A stretch of 63,822 nucleotides of DNA, the filler included, from Saprolegnia diclina VS20 (Eukaryota): the NCBI RefSeq assembly GCF_000281045.1. It is 4 parts of 2 records of this genome, joined end to end, with 100 filler letters (N's around TTAATTAATTAA, not from the genome) between each part and the next. Parts side by side here need not be neighbours in the genome. Positions count along the whole stretch, not along the records: positions 1 to 18,309 come from NW_008246121.1; 3 more parts are not named here. One strand, 5' to 3'. The stretch's first letter is position 1. Each line of letters starts with the position of its first letter. Made by a program: the position numbers and the translations under genes. This document shows positions 1 through 12,302 of the stretch, piece by piece. The notes under the pieces were generated by a model. The model was not told the origin of the DNA and did no database searches. It was given only the letters and a program-made list of their open reading frames with translations.

Positions 1-383
1 TCGTCATTGTCGACCGCATGCAGCGCTTCCAAATATTTCTCGAGCACATCTGGAGCTTGTATGTGAGCTGTGTGGTGCCAATGACCGAAGCCTCTGAAGA
101 CGTCGATGCCATCATCTCGTGTCTCCGTGCGTTTTTGAGCGTGCCAGAGACGGTGCTGGCCATTTCGGTGCACCACATTGAAGACATACCTCGTAAGTTG
201 GACGCATGCGTCGTTTGCTTAGCCGAGTTTGCTGCGAAAGACTTTTGCCGTCCGTCGACGGTGCTGGCGCTGGCGTGCGGACACATCTTCCATCAAGATT
301 GTCTTCGGCAGTGGTTTGTGCTCGCAGCAACGTGCCCGACGTGTCGTTGTGACGCGGGGCATCTATCGCTCTTAGAAATGTAG
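1..383 (+). CDS. PX-RING E3 ligase-like protein, 3' part (truncated by window start)
   Basis: Last PX helix (VIVDRMQRFQIFLEHIW) followed by a RING-H2 motif CVVC...CGHIFHQDC...W...TCPTCR. Near-colinear paralog of the 460-1236 gene. Confidence 0.85.
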   Translation, partial: VIVDRMQRFQIFLEHIWSLYVSCVVPMTEASEDVDAIISCLRAFLSVPETVLAISVHHIEDIPRKLDACVVCLAEFAAKDFCRPSTVLALACGHIFHQDCLRQWFVLAATCPTCRCDAGHLSLLEM

Positions 384-459
384 CGCTCAAGAGTAGTCGG
401 TAGAGTAAAATGAGTAATCGATCGCTCTTACTTCGGCGCGTCGCAATCTTTAGGAGCTT

Positions 460-1236
460 CTACAACGCTAACTCAAGGCACACCATATGGCCTACGTCAC
501 GTCGACAAGTCGGACACGTGGCCGCCACCGCACACCACTGCTGAAGACAATCGCGATGAAACACGTGGCCGCACGACAGCGCCAGCACCACCGACGGACA
601 GCGCAAGTCGTCAACGTCGAACTCACCCAAGCACACCACGCACGGGTCCATGTCTTGGGGCATCTCGTCGATGTGGCGCACCGAGATGGCCAGCACGGCC
701 TCGGGCACACTCAGAAACTCGCGCAGACAAACGACGACGGCAACGGCTTCCTCTGGCGCGCCGCTGGTTGGCACCACGCAGCTCGCGTACAAGCTCCAAA
801 TATGCTCGACAAAGGTCTGGAAACGCTGCATGCGCTCGGCAATGACGCTCGGCTTCTCCGAGTCGAGAGCCTTCTTGGGAAAGGGCAGTTGCAAGAGGCA
901 AGCAAGTGATGGTGACGGAGACGCAGCGTGAAGCTTCGTCAACTGCGATCGGAACTTGAGCAGCTGCGAGTAGCGCTTGTGGATGGTCCAGGCGCGGGAT
1001 GTGATCGGACACTGGAGCGTCATGTCGTATTGTACATAGTAGCCAAAGGCGCTTTGACCCGAGCCAATGGACGCCGAGAGACTGACGGGCGTGAGCTGAA
1101 ACGCTGAAACTGTCGGTGATGCGTGCCATGGCGCCAGCGTCAGTGGCGACGACACGACTCGTGACGATGCGACCAGCGCCTTGGCGGATGCGATAAAATG
1201 GATCTCGTTCGTCTTGGAGTGGCACTGCGTTGTCAT
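460..1236 (-). CDS. PX domain + RING-H2 protein (intronless)
   Basis: PX motifs YYVQY...WTIHKRYSQL...LPFPKK...IAERM, then RING-H2 CVVC...CGHVFHRDC...TCPTCR. Start taken at ATG 1236 (MTTQCH), just downstream of an Inr-like TTCACTTTTCTTTTT on the minus strand. Confidence 0.85.
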   Translation of the reverse strand: MTTQCHSKTNEIHFIASAKALVASSRVVSSPLTLAPWHASPTVSAFQLTPVSLSASIGSGQSAFGYYVQYDMTLQCPITSRAWTIHKRYSQLLKFRSQLTKLHAASPSPSLACLLQLPFPKKALDSEKPSVIAERMQRFQTFVEHIWSLYASCVVPTSGAPEEAVAVVVCLREFLSVPEAVLAISVRHIDEMPQDMDPCVVCLGEFDVDDLRCPSVVLALSCGHVFHRDCLQQWCAVAATCPTCRRDVGHMVCLELAL

Positions 1237-1999
1237 GACCCAAATACGAGAAAAAGAAAAGTGAAAGACCGGGTCATTCACGCATGAAACGAAGCAACCG
1301 GGCTCGTCGCATGGCACTGATGTTACAACTTTTGAAAAAATTGTTTTTTTCGTGGCAGAGAGGTGTTTTGTTTGGTGTCTCTCCGGTTCAGCATTCGCCC
1401 ATAGAATCCAGAGACAGCGGTCAAGTGCTCCGTACGATGACTCAGGAAATATATTGTCAACTCGTGCTTGCGGGACCCTAGAATTCTCGTTAGTTTGGGT
1501 AGGATCGGAAGGAAGCAACGAAATCAACGGAAAAGCGCCGTAAAAGTGGGGTCTGTACACGCCTGTCTTAGTGAAGCATATCGCTCTCGTCATTGTCAAA
1601 CTACTACGAGAAGTGTTGGCTCAATGGCGTCGCAAGACACGATACATCGCTTCGAAACCGGTGCACCCACAACCCTACCCCTTCCGTGTAGCTTCGCTGT
1701 CATATCGCACCGCCAACGTGCTCAAGCAACATACACTGGCAGTAACAGCCGGACAAAATCGTCACTCGCTTTCTCAACACCAACGTACCGCTACGACCAC
1801 TCAAGTGTCTGTAGCCGCAATACGACGTCTCTGCTGCGTTGCGATGTTGAGATAGCAGCACATCTCAACGAACCCCCTCAATAATGGGTTGTGTTGATGA
1901 TGCCCGCCACAATACTGTCCATTGAATGTTTCATACGAATTCACGATGCAGTCGTCACTTTGTTAACCGAGCCATTATTGTGCGAACCATCGGATCTAT

Positions 2000-2371
2000 C
2001 TATGGAGTGACATGGAGTGCGATCGATCCGGGTGCTCCGCGGCACGTCGGACAGCGCGGTGTGATCGCCAGCCAGTCACGCAAGCACGATACGTGAAAGC
2101 CATGACCGCACGCCAGCTCCAAGACGGTCGCAGAGGCAAAGTTCTCCAAGCAGATCGGACACGCGTCGTCGATCGTCGTCGCCATGGTCGTCGTCACAGT
2201 GACGCTCAAGGCTTCCTGAGGAATACGGAGAAAGATAAACAGTCGCGCGAGGACGCCGGCTGGCACAACTGGCGGCTCGTCGGGATACCGCAGAGCGTGG
2301 AGCCAAGCGGTCGCGTAGAGGCTCCAGACGTGCGACACAAAGCTGCCGAGATCACGCATGCGCTCGGCAAT
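2000..2371 (-). CDS. Third PX-RING paralog, 3' part (5' end lost in N gap)
   Basis: IAERMRDLGSFVSHVWSLY...CPICLENF...LACGHGFHVSCLRDWL...CPTCR. Shares the ATTGCCGAGCGCATGC stretch with paralog 2. Confidence 0.8.
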   Translation of the reverse strand: MAERMRDLGSFVSHVWSLYATAWLHALRYPDEPPVVPAGVLARLFIFLRIPQEALSVTVTTTMATTIDDACPICLENFASATVLELACGHGFHVSCLRDWLAITPRCPTCRGAPGSIALHVTP

Positions 2372-3683
2372 NNNNNNNNNNNNNNNNNNNNNNNNNNNNN
2401 NNNNNNNNNNNNNNNNNNNNNNNNNNNNNNNNNNNNNNNNNNNNNNNNNNNNNNNNNNNNNNNNNNNNNNNNNNNNNNNNNNNNNNNNNNNNNNNNNNNN
2501 NNNNNNNNNNNNNNNNNNNNNNNNNNNNNNNNNNNNNNNNNNNNNNNNNNNNNNNNNNNNNNNNNNNNNNNNNNNNNNNNNNNNNNNNNNNNNNNNNNNN
2601 NNNNNNNNNNNNNNNNNNNNNNNNNNNNNNNNNNNNNNNNNNNNNNNNNNNNNNNNNNNNNNNNNNNNNNNNNNNNNNNNNNNNNNNNNNNNNNNNNNNN
2701 NNNNNNNNNNNNNNNNNNNNNNNNNNNNNNNNNNNNNNNNNNNNNNNNNNNNNNNNNNNNNNNNNNNNNNNNNNNNNNNNNNNNNNNNNNNNNNNNNNNN
2801 NNNNNNNNNNNNNNNNNNNNNNNNNNNNNNNNNNNNNNNNNNNNNNNNNNNNNNNNNNNNNNNNNNNNNNNNNNNNNNNNNNNNNNNNNNNNNNNNNNNN
2901 NNNNNNNNNNNNNNNNAAAGTCGTTTGCATAGTCAGTGCAAGTTAGACAAGTTGGGCCTTGTTTTTGTATGGCGTATCGGCAATAAACTGAATGTCGTCG
3001 ATGTGTCTGACCTGGCCAAAGGTACGCTACCAACGATGGCACTTGGCAGATTTCTCCAACACAACGCCAAGCTAGACTTTCAGCTACGCTGGGTGTCCTA
3101 GAGACGACATCCAAGGCTCGCGCCGGACTTCAACGCGAAAGAGCACGGGCTTGTCATTTCCTGTGGTATCTCGTCACAGCCCTTTGTTGATCGAGCTTGA
3201 AGAACGCCGCGTGTATTCAAGGCGCGCATCGGCCACGCCCAAGCGATCGCGCGTGTTACAAAACGTTTTAAAAACTTTCTCAATTTTTTCATTACCCGCC
3301 CTTCTCTGCGAAACCCTCCACATCGTCGTCATCCACGGTAGCCTGAAGCCACGATGCGTCGTTCTGTCGTAGGTTCCATCAACTACCAAGGGAACGACGG
3401 CTACTCGCTACTACTCGTCAAAGCCACAAGCCGGCTTGGCCCCCAAGAAAACGCGAATGAGCAACCCAACTTGAAGACACCTGCCACCTGGTACATACAA
3501 CAGACGGCAGCATACAACGTGTGGTTCTCCGCTCATGATACTCCAGACATGCTGTGCAGGTGCTGGGAGAGGCGTGTGTGTGAGTGAAGGTGGGCAATTT
3601 GTTTTGGCCTGTCACACCAGTCGTTCGGCAACCTCCCTCATTTCTCGGCATCTCATTTTTCAATCGACTCGACCACCACCACA

Positions 3684-4331
3684 ATGAACGTCCAAGCAGC
3701 GTACTCCCAGTGGGCTACCATCTACGACACCAACGCCAACAAGACGCGCGACTTGGAGACGCTCGTCGGCCAGCGCTTTCTCCTCGAAGAGCAAATGACC
3801 TTTGAGCATGTGCTCGAGCTCGGCTGTGGCACAGGCAAAAACTCAACCTGGCTTGCACCCGCAACACGCCGCCTCACGAGCGTCGATCTCACTGCGTCGA
3901 TGCTTGCGGTCGCCCGCACCAAGGTGCCAGCTTCCCACGTTCAGTTTCTGCAAGGCGACCTCCTCGCGCCGTCGTGGGACGCGTTTGCCTCGCCGAGCTC
4001 CGTAGACGTCGTGACGTTCAGCCTCGTCCTCGAACACATTGAGCACCTGGATCCAATCTTTGGGAAGGTCAACCACGTGCTCCGACCCGGCGGCCTTGTG
4101 TATATTGGCGAGCTCCACCCGTTCAAGCAGTACGCGGGCACGAAGGCGTGTTTTGAGACCGAGGATGGCACCAAGCAAATCGTGTCGGCTTTCACGCACC
4201 ACGTGAGCGACTTTGTGTCTGCGGCGCAAGCGTGCGGCTGGACGGTGGAGCGACTCGGCGAGTTCTTTGACAATGACGATCGTCGCACGGTGCCCCGCAT
4301 TCTCGGTCTTCTCTTCCGAAAGCCCCAGTAG
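3684..4331 (+). CDS. Class I SAM-dependent methyltransferase (intronless, bacterial-like)
   Basis: Motif I VLELGCGTG, motif II SVDLTASML, DVVTFSLVLEHI, LRPGGLVYI; 215 aa ORF with an Inr-like TCATTTTTCAAT about 30 nt upstream. Confidence 0.9.
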   Translation: MNVQAAYSQWATIYDTNANKTRDLETLVGQRFLLEEQMTFEHVLELGCGTGKNSTWLAPATRRLTSVDLTASMLAVARTKVPASHVQFLQGDLLAPSWDAFASPSSVDVVTFSLVLEHIEHLDPIFGKVNHVLRPGGLVYIGELHPFKQYAGTKACFETEDGTKQIVSAFTHHVSDFVSAAQACGWTVERLGEFFDNDDRRTVPRILGLLFRKPQ

Positions 4332-5289
4332 AGATTTCGCTGGCGTTTCTCAACACAAACAATGTCGGTATTCCGTTTTATCACTAACAGACAACTTGTT
4401 TTACTGTCAGTTTTGTTTTCTGTCTATAAAGTTATAACCAAACAACTAGTCGGTCAAATCGAGCAAATAAATTCATACAAAAGCACAAACAAGTATGTCT
4501 TCTTGCTATGTCAGCATAGCACGGTGGCCCCGAAATCATTGCAACAGCGTAGTGTCGAGGCATTCATGTCCTTGAATCGTCCAACAGCTTTAGTGTCGAA
4601 TTACTAGTACTAGTATTTGAGTTGAACGAAAAATGAATGACAAATTTGTTATTGTTGTTGTTGAAGTCGGTCCTCACGACCAACTTTATTCTCGCTGCAG
4701 CGCGCCTCATTGTTCTGCGTTGCATGTGCTCGGTTGCAGAGTTCTACTTCACATCTAGTGTCATAGGCTGCGAATCAGACAAAAGAGACCGGTGGAATAG
4801 AAGAATCTGCCAGGCGATTCATCAATCACGACTGACCGATTTCGTTCTTAGAGCACATAGCTATGCAAGATAAAATAGCTTTGGGACGCAGGATGCTGGA
4901 ACCGGTGCATTACAAAATCCGCGAAACCAACTTCAACTTGCCACACGGCGTTGATGCATCAGAACGCTGTAGAAAAGCTGCATGGCCACCTCTCGGGCCA
5001 CGCCCACGCAACACTCTGTTCATCTTTGGTGCAAAACGACCTCGTCTACGCACCTGCGGGTGTTGACGTGTGTGCTCCACTTCAAGCCGACTTCAACCTC
5101 ACTGGTGGGATCGGCGCACGCGATTGGCCCACCGGACGATGCGCATCGCTCATTGGCCAACGCTGTCAGTTATAACTCGTCGGTTGCAGACCATAACACA
5201 CCCGCCACGGTTAAATGCCTCGGATTGGCTAAAAAGCAAGGCGGTTGGCGTCGATGATTGGTGCCATTTACGAAACGAACATCGAAACC

Positions 5290-5861
5290 ATGGCGGTCGC
5301 CGATCGGTGCACAATGACCTCGCGGACGGGCCGCGACCTGCAGCGCTACGATGGCCACGCGCGCCTCGTTGTCTGCGCCGTTCCGCTCTCATTAGATGGC
5401 GCGCGCGTCCTCCTCATCTCGAGCTCCAAGCATGCAGATCAGTGGATCCTACCCAAGGGCGGCTGGGACGCGGACGAGTCGGCCGAGGCGTGCGCAGCAC
5501 GAGAGCTCGCCGAAGAGGCCGGGGTGCGACACCGCCGCCAACAGATGTCACCGCATTGACGTACACGACTAGGTGCACGGCGACATCCTCGGCGAGCTCG
5601 GCGCCGTCGACTACGAGACGGCGAAAGGCAAGCCCTGCCGCTTGCACGGCTTTGGCATGCGCGTCACACGCGAGTTTGAGGAGTGGTCGGAAGCCGTTAG
5701 CCGGCGGCGGGAATGGGTACAAATCGAACGCCTGGCTCGTGCACTTAGCTAACGCCACGTAGGTGTCGTTGGCGACGGCGACAGCACGGCTGGCCCGGCG
5801 CCCCGAGCTCGCGTCCATGCTCGAGCGAGCGACCATACTCGCAACGACACTAGAGCACTAA
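5290..5861 (+). CDS. Nudix hydrolase, DIPP/Aps1 (diphosphoinositol polyphosphate phosphohydrolase) type; 2 introns
   Basis: SRTGRDLQRY N-terminus, VLLISS, Nudix box WILPKGGWDADESAEACAARELAEEAG. Splicing two GT-AG introns (~5524-5572, ~5717-5762) gives ...EEWSE..RRREWVS. Confidence 0.85.
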
Positions 5862-6611
5862 GACAAGAAGTATCTACATGTATAGTACATGGACATGAGG
5901 ATAGGGGCAGTGGGGATTGCGGAAAGCGAGTTGCGACGGCGTCGCAAGCGCGCAAGATGAGGCGTCACAGCCACTTGTCGCGAGCTCGGGCTGATGTGGT
6001 GATGTCGATACACAACAGCAGGGACAAATTCAGCACCGCACGACGGCCGAGTCTTTAGCAAGAAGGCGCGGTAGTGGGCGGATCGTGACAGCGCAAAGGT
6101 CCACAGTGCTAGTACAGCGTCGGGTCTCGATCGACGCGACGTCTTGTACAATAAGGGGTCGCCGCCAAAAGCAGATTTGCCACCGCCGCGTGCGCTGCAC
6201 TGTTCTTGACGCCGGCGTCGACACGCTTTGCACTGAATTCTTCGAGGCGCACACGACCTCTATCGCAGCATGCACCATACACCAGGTGGCCAAGGATGGA
6301 GCCGAGCTTGGTCGATTGCAATTCCATTACATCGTCGGGTCGTAATGCCATGTTGCACTATCAACTTTGGGGTATTCTCTCGATAAACATCCCACACTCT
6401 TTATATACGCAATTTGACCGGGATACCCGGCCCAGTGTAAAGCGTCATCTTGATATTTAAGAGAATGTACCACATGTCGCAGCATTACACCGCCCGCGAC
6501 GGCGACCATGCCAAAGCGCTCGGTTGTCGACACTGCCGATTTCTCGTCGACCGCCCACGAGCCACTCCTCTACCACCTCGTACATTACCAAGTCGGATTA
6601 CTACTGCGACG

Positions 6612-8288
6612 ATGCTCCCACGCGCAGTACTCTCGGTGCTCCTTCTCGCCGCGGCCGCGCTCGCCGCGCCCCGCGGTGTCTGCTACGACGCCTACAACTC
6701 GGACAGTGCGTCGGCGCACTTTGCGTCGATCGCGACGCGCTTTGACGCGGTCCGGACGTACCAAACGTGGACGCACAACAGCAATCTCATTGACATTGCG
6801 GCGCGCAACGGGCTCGCCATGTACCCGGGCATCTGGCTCCGCGGCAACGGCGTCGACTTTTGGGCCGACCTCCGCGCCGCCGTCGACGGCACCAAGCGCA
6901 ACCCGGGCACGGTCAAGGCCGTCTTTGTCGGCAATGAAGATTTGAGCAACAACTGGAACGCCGGCGCCCTCCTCGACAAGATCAACCAAGCCAAGAACGC
7001 GTTTCGGGATGCCGGTCTCGGCTACGTCCGCATCGGGACGGTCCAGACCGACGGCGACTGGCTCAACAACAACAACGCGTGGCTCGCGGACCACGTCGAC
7101 GTCGTCGGTGTCAACATTTACCCGTTCTTTGGGTCCCACCCCGACTCGTGGAACAACCCGGTCAAGGACCTCGACGCGCGCTGGAACGCCATGACCAACC
7201 GGTTTGGCAGTAAAGTGCTCTTGACCGAAACGGGCTGGCCGGACGCCGGTGGGAACGTCGGTGCGCACGTCTCCAACTGGCAGAACGCGCAAAACTACTT
7301 TCGCAGCGCGCAGTCATGGATGGACGGCAACAAGGGCGGCGAGCTGCCCACGTACTTCATGTACCACGACAACCGCGGCAAGCCCAACTACGAAGGCCAC
7401 TTTGCCTTGGCCGAGCCCAGCGGGCAGTGGAAGTTTGAGTTCAACGCCAAGAAGAATCCGTCCAACAACAATGGTGGCGGCAACGGCAACAACGACGGCG
7501 ACAAGCCCGCGGGCCAGTTCCAGCTCATGACGAGCCGCGGCAAGGCGCTCCGTGAATGGTACGGTGGACTCGCGGCCAAGGACAACAACAATGACGCGTA
7601 CACCAAGTGGACGTACGATGCCAACGCACAGACGCTCAAGAACGAAGGCGCCAACAAGTGCCTTGACGCGTACATGGACGGCAACAACGTCAAGGTGCAC
7701 CTCTACAACTGCGACGGCAACAACTCGAACCAGAAATGGCGCCTCGTTGGCGGCAAGGTCGTCCACGCGCGCTTCGCCAACGTCTGTCTCGACGCCGATG
7801 CCAACGACCCGAACGAAGGGGTCCAAAACTGGGCGTGCGTCGACAACAACTCGAACCAGGTCTTCAAGATCTCGACAGGCGGCAGTGGCGGTCGTGTCGC
7901 GCTCACGGTCCGCAGCTTGAATCGCGTCTTTGCGATCGGGTCCAACGACCAAGTGCTCTTCCGGTCGCCCCAAGGCAGCATCCAGAGCGACACCAACGCG
8001 CTCTGGACGCTCGACAGCAACACACTGGTCAAGTCGGCGGCGAATGGCCAGTGCTTGGACGCGTGGGAGGCCAAGAACGGCGGTGGTGTCCACACGTGGA
8101 ACTGCGACGGCAACAACGCCAACCAGAAATGGAACTACGACGCCAGCACCAAGCAGCTCCGCCACGCGACGCACAACGGGTTCTGCCTCGACATGGGCTC
8201 CGAGAACGGCGACCACCCGCAGCTATGGCAGTGCCACCCCGCGAATGACTACTGGGCCAAGTTCCAGCAGTACGCCCAGGAAAGCTAA
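6612..8288 (+). CDS. Secreted GH17 beta-1,3-glucanase/glucanosyltransferase with two ricin-B (CBM13) domains
   Basis: Signal peptide MLPRAVLSVLLLAAAALA; GH17 catalytic VFVGNE and LLTETGWP; Asn/Gly linker; two sets of CLD...C...NQKW (QxW) repeats. Confidence 0.9.
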   Translation: MLPRAVLSVLLLAAAALAAPRGVCYDAYNSDSASAHFASIATRFDAVRTYQTWTHNSNLIDIAARNGLAMYPGIWLRGNGVDFWADLRAAVDGTKRNPGTVKAVFVGNEDLSNNWNAGALLDKINQAKNAFRDAGLGYVRIGTVQTDGDWLNNNNAWLADHVDVVGVNIYPFFGSHPDSWNNPVKDLDARWNAMTNRFGSKVLLTETGWPDAGGNVGAHVSNWQNAQNYFRSAQSWMDGNKGGELPTYFMYHDNRGKPNYEGHFALAEPSGQWKFEFNAKKNPSNNNGGGNGNNDGDKPAGQFQLMTSRGKALREWYGGLAAKDNNNDAYTKWTYDANAQTLKNEGANKCLDAYMDGNNVKVHLYNCDGNNSNQKWRLVGGKVVHARFANVCLDADANDPNEGVQNWACVDNNSNQVFKISTGGSGGRVALTVRSLNRVFAIGSNDQVLFRSPQGSIQSDTNALWTLDSNTLVKSAANGQCLDAWEAKNGGGVHTWNCDGNNANQKWNYDASTKQLRHATHNGFCLDMGSENGDHPQLWQCHPANDYWAKFQQYAQES

Positions 8289-9115
8289 AGCGCATCCCCT
8301 TTTGCATGGCATCATGATACGCGATCACTACGACGAGTAGTAGTAATCGCTAACTCTTTGATTGTACATCGTGTTGCGGCGAGACTGGAGGGCAATATCA
8401 ACCATGAACGAGAAGCTGTCGACGGCAAGATGCACTGCCCAGTTTTTGCGCGGATGGACACCGTACACAGCGCAAATGGCATTGTTCTCAACGTGATGTA
8501 TACTCGCGCTGCCGTGTCAAGGACAGGGCAGTCCGCTGCGTCGACGTATTACCACCTGCCGTTTCAACTTTGTAGGGGCATCGCACCCGCAACGTTCGAG
8601 GTCCGAGAATTTTGGCGGACGCACCCGGTGTCACCACAGCTTCGTACCGTCCTCGTCCTCTCGAAAGGCAGAACATTCAGCGATCACGTAACCGATCCAG
8701 TGCTCCACGCTCTGCCATACCCACTCGTACCGCGGTGAACCGGTTTGTATCGAAGCGACTAGTGCCAGCCCTAGCCCTAGCCACCGTCGGTTGAAAACAG
8801 ATGTTGGACCATTCCGCCCACCGGCCGGCGCAAGACCAGGTGGATACCAACGTGGCACTGGCCACGACGCGCGGTGGCCGACGACGCAGCACGCAAGCCT
8901 GCGCAAGCCCCCAGGACCTTCCTGCCCGCATTGGCACTCAGTCGTTGAAGTCTAGCACGCATCGTTCGCCAGCGCCTGCTTGCATCGAGCTTGCGCCATT
9001 CACTAATACCGTGTTCACAACCCTCGCCAGAGACGCCAGATCCTGTACCACCAGATACACCACGAATCTGGCATCTGGTCGACGCTGTCTCTTCGCGTCT
9101 GGCTATGAACGACTT

Positions 9116-9130
9116 CTCACTTTTTCATTT
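9116..9130 (+). promoter_or_regulatory. Oomycete Inr+FPR-like core promoter element
   Basis: CTCACTTTTTCATTT immediately before the ATG at 9133; resembles the oomycete YCAYTYY-...-CAWTTT motif. Confidence 0.55.
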
Positions 9131-9132
9131 CG

Positions 9133-10874
9133 ATGCGCGGACTCGCATTTGTCGCTGTTGTTGTCGCCGCGGTCGCCCACGCCGCCGCCGCCGGCATGGG
9201 TGTCTGCTACGACATTTACGACGCCAACAACATTGACAAGCACTTCCGCACGATCAAAACGCGCTTCTCGGCCGTCCGCACGTACCAGACGTCTCTCTGG
9301 ACACCACGCAACGTCATTGACGCCGGTGCGGACAACGGCCTCGCGGTCTACGCGGGCATTTGGCTCCGGGATGGCATGGACTTTAACAAGGAACTCCAGG
9401 CGGTGATTGACGGCCACTACCGCCACCCGGGCACGCTCCAAGCCGTGTTTGTCGGCAACGAAGACCTCATGAACAACTGGAACCAGTGGGCGATTCGGGA
9501 CAAGGTCAACGCCGCACGCAGCCGTCTCCGGTCGGCGGGGATCAATGTGCCGGTCGGGTCGGTGCAGACCGACGGCGACTGGCTCAAGAACCGGGATCTC
9601 GCCAACGCGTGCGATATCATGGGCGTCAACATCTACGCCTTCTTTGGCGGGTCGCCCGTCTCGTGGACCAACCCGATCGCGGACTTGGACGCGCGCTGGA
9701 AGGCGATGACGCAAGCGTTTGGCGGCAACAAGGTCATGCTCACGGAAACCGGGTGGCCCCACGGCGGCGGCAACAACGGCAACCATGTCTCCAACCGCGG
9801 GAACGCGATCGACTACTTCACCAAGGTCCAGGCATGGGTGAACGCGGGCAACGGCGGCGCGGCGCCCATGTACTTCATGTTCCACGACAACCGGCGCAAG
9901 TATGGCTTTGAAGGGCAGTTTGGCCTCGCGGACGCCGACAGCAACTGGAAGTTTGACTTTGGCTCGTCGGGCCCGGCGCCGATCGTCGACGACGACCCGC
10001 GCTTGAGCTCGCCGTTCCAGCTTATTACGTCGCGCAACAAGGCGCTGCGCGAGTTCTATGGCGCGGCGGCCGCCAAGGACAACAACCAAGACAAGTTTAC
10101 GCTCTGGTCGTACGACCGGTCGTCCCAGACGCTGCGCAACCTCGGCGCCAACCAGTGTCTCGACGCCTACTACGAGAGCAATGGCCGCCCGCGCGTGCAC
10201 CTGTTCGCCTGCGACGGCAACAACGACAACCAAAAGTGGCGCGTAGTCGACAACAAGGTCCTCCACGCCCGGTTCTCCAACCTCTGCTTGGACGCCGACC
10301 CGAACGACCCGAACGAAGCCGTCCAAGTCTACGCATGCGTCGGCAACAACGACAACCAAGTCTTCCGCATCTCGGACGCCGTGCAGCACGTGCGTCTCCA
10401 GTCGCCAGCGTTCAACCGCGCACTCGGTGTCGGTGAAAACGACCAAGTACTTTTTCTCGAGTCGTCGNNNNNNNNNNNNNNNNNNNNNNNNNNNNNNNNN
10501 NNNNNNNNNNNNNNNNNNNNNNNNNNNNNNNNNNNNNNNNNNNNNNNNNNNNNNNNNNNNNNNNNNNNNNNNNNNNNNNNNNNNNNNNNNNNNNNNNNNN
10601 NNNNNNNNNNNNNNNNNNNNNNNNNNNNNNNNNNNNNNNNNNNNNNNNNNNNNNNNNNNNNNNNNNNNNNNNNNNNNNNNNNNNNNNNNNNNNNNNNNNN
10701 NNNNNNNNNNNNNNNNNNNNNNNNNNNNNNNNNNNNNNNNNNNNNNNNNNNNNNNNNNNNNNNNNNNNNNNNNNNGACATGGGCTCGGACAGCGGCGACC
10801 ACCCGCACTTGTGGCAGTGCCATGACGCGAGCGCGGTCTGGGTCAAGTACCAGCAACTGGAGTTCCAAGTCTAA
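9133..10874 (+). CDS. Secreted GH17 + two ricin-B domains (internal N gap)
   Basis: Signal peptide, VFVGNED, MLTETGWP, first ricin domain. After the gap, DMGSDSGDHPHLWQCH...YQQLEFQV* matches the C-terminus of paralog 1. Confidence 0.88.
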
Positions 10875-12275
10875 GCGACACAGGACGCAGATCGTCCAAA
10901 TACATCGTACAATTGATTTAACTCCATTCAAATCTTTTTGTCCACAGCTACATCTTATTTACTAACATGGACACAAAGACAAATAGACAAATGCATTGTT
11001 CTCAAGAGACAAGGCAGTGGGTTATCGACGGCGTCGACGGGCAAATATTCGTCATCGTTTCAAGACAGAACTTGGCATGAAGGAATGCGAAAAGCTCGCA
11101 ACAACAGCGCTTACAGACACCTTCTTGTGCAGCAGCACGGTCTGCGTCAATGTCAAGGACATGTTCATTGAATCGGCGTCATGGACAGTGATAGGTAGCT
11201 CGACAAAGGTTCCATGCCAACCTCAAGTAGCTTTTCCACATACGTCAGCATTACTACAAGCCGGGGGCGGTGCTCGACACCAAGTACTGGCGCGAACCGA
11301 TGGAGACCTCGTTCGGTTTCGAATCGAATCGGCCAAACTCGAGAACCAATGTGTATGATACACTCCAAGTCGCCTTCGCATCACTCTTCGCACAGTACAG
11401 TCGGAGATGCGCATTCGAATTCAGCGCCATCGCAGCATTACTAGTGCGCACGCTCCCATTTTAGAACCTCTTGTTGCGGTTGCGCCGCCCTTTCAACGCT
11501 TGACGACGACATCCCTTACGCAATTCTGCCTTGCCGTGTGCCGAGCAGTGCGTGGGGCAGTGCAGGTCTTGACGATACAACGACGATATGTGCTTGGCTG
11601 CTTTTGGACTGGGATGTGCGGTGAGGTTCGTAGTACGCTTTGTCGTTGCATCACGTACTATAAGCGCTCGCCGAGCGGTGTGATCGCCACTCCTCTCGAT
11701 AAAAAATAGGGCCAGACAAGGATTTCGACGTGCAAAACAGCGACGACGTCCGTGTCACGAGCAATGGATGGATGCACCTTCGGTCGTCGTGGCTGTTGTG
11801 TTTGCATGAGAAATAAGGCGAGTCACAGACGTTCGGAAGTAGCTTCCCAGATGGCGAACGCGAGTCTGTGGAACGCTGCATGCAGGTCGTACTGGAGAGC
11901 GATTTGAACAAGGATCCCAAACGCCGGTGCTCTCTTTATTGTGCTTGTAAATGCACCTGCGAATGCACCCGCAAAAGGCACTTTGCCGGCCACGACGTCG
12001 AGGCGCAGTGCCACGCTGTACCTGAGATTGCCGTTCTACGACCCCACTTGGTCTACGGCAACGGGCGACAGGTAGGGGGTCCCATTTAAAAAAAGATTCG
12101 CGATGGCAATACACTTGCGAAATGTATACTGCGGCCGGGGCACCCAAGAGATCGATTTGGGCCCACCCCCACGACCAAGTGATCGGGGCCGTCGCAGTGG
12201 ATACAGCCTTGCGACGGCGACGCACGGTGCACCAGCTGTTGCCGAGAATTCGACAGCCACTCGCTCTCCGTCCAA

Positions 12276-12290
12276 CTCAGTTTTGCATTT
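12276..12290 (+). promoter_or_regulatory. Oomycete Inr+FPR-like core promoter element
   Basis: CTCAGTTTTGCATTT 13 nt upstream of the ATG at 12303. Confidence 0.55.
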
Positions 12291-12302
12291 GCTTTCACAA
12301 CG

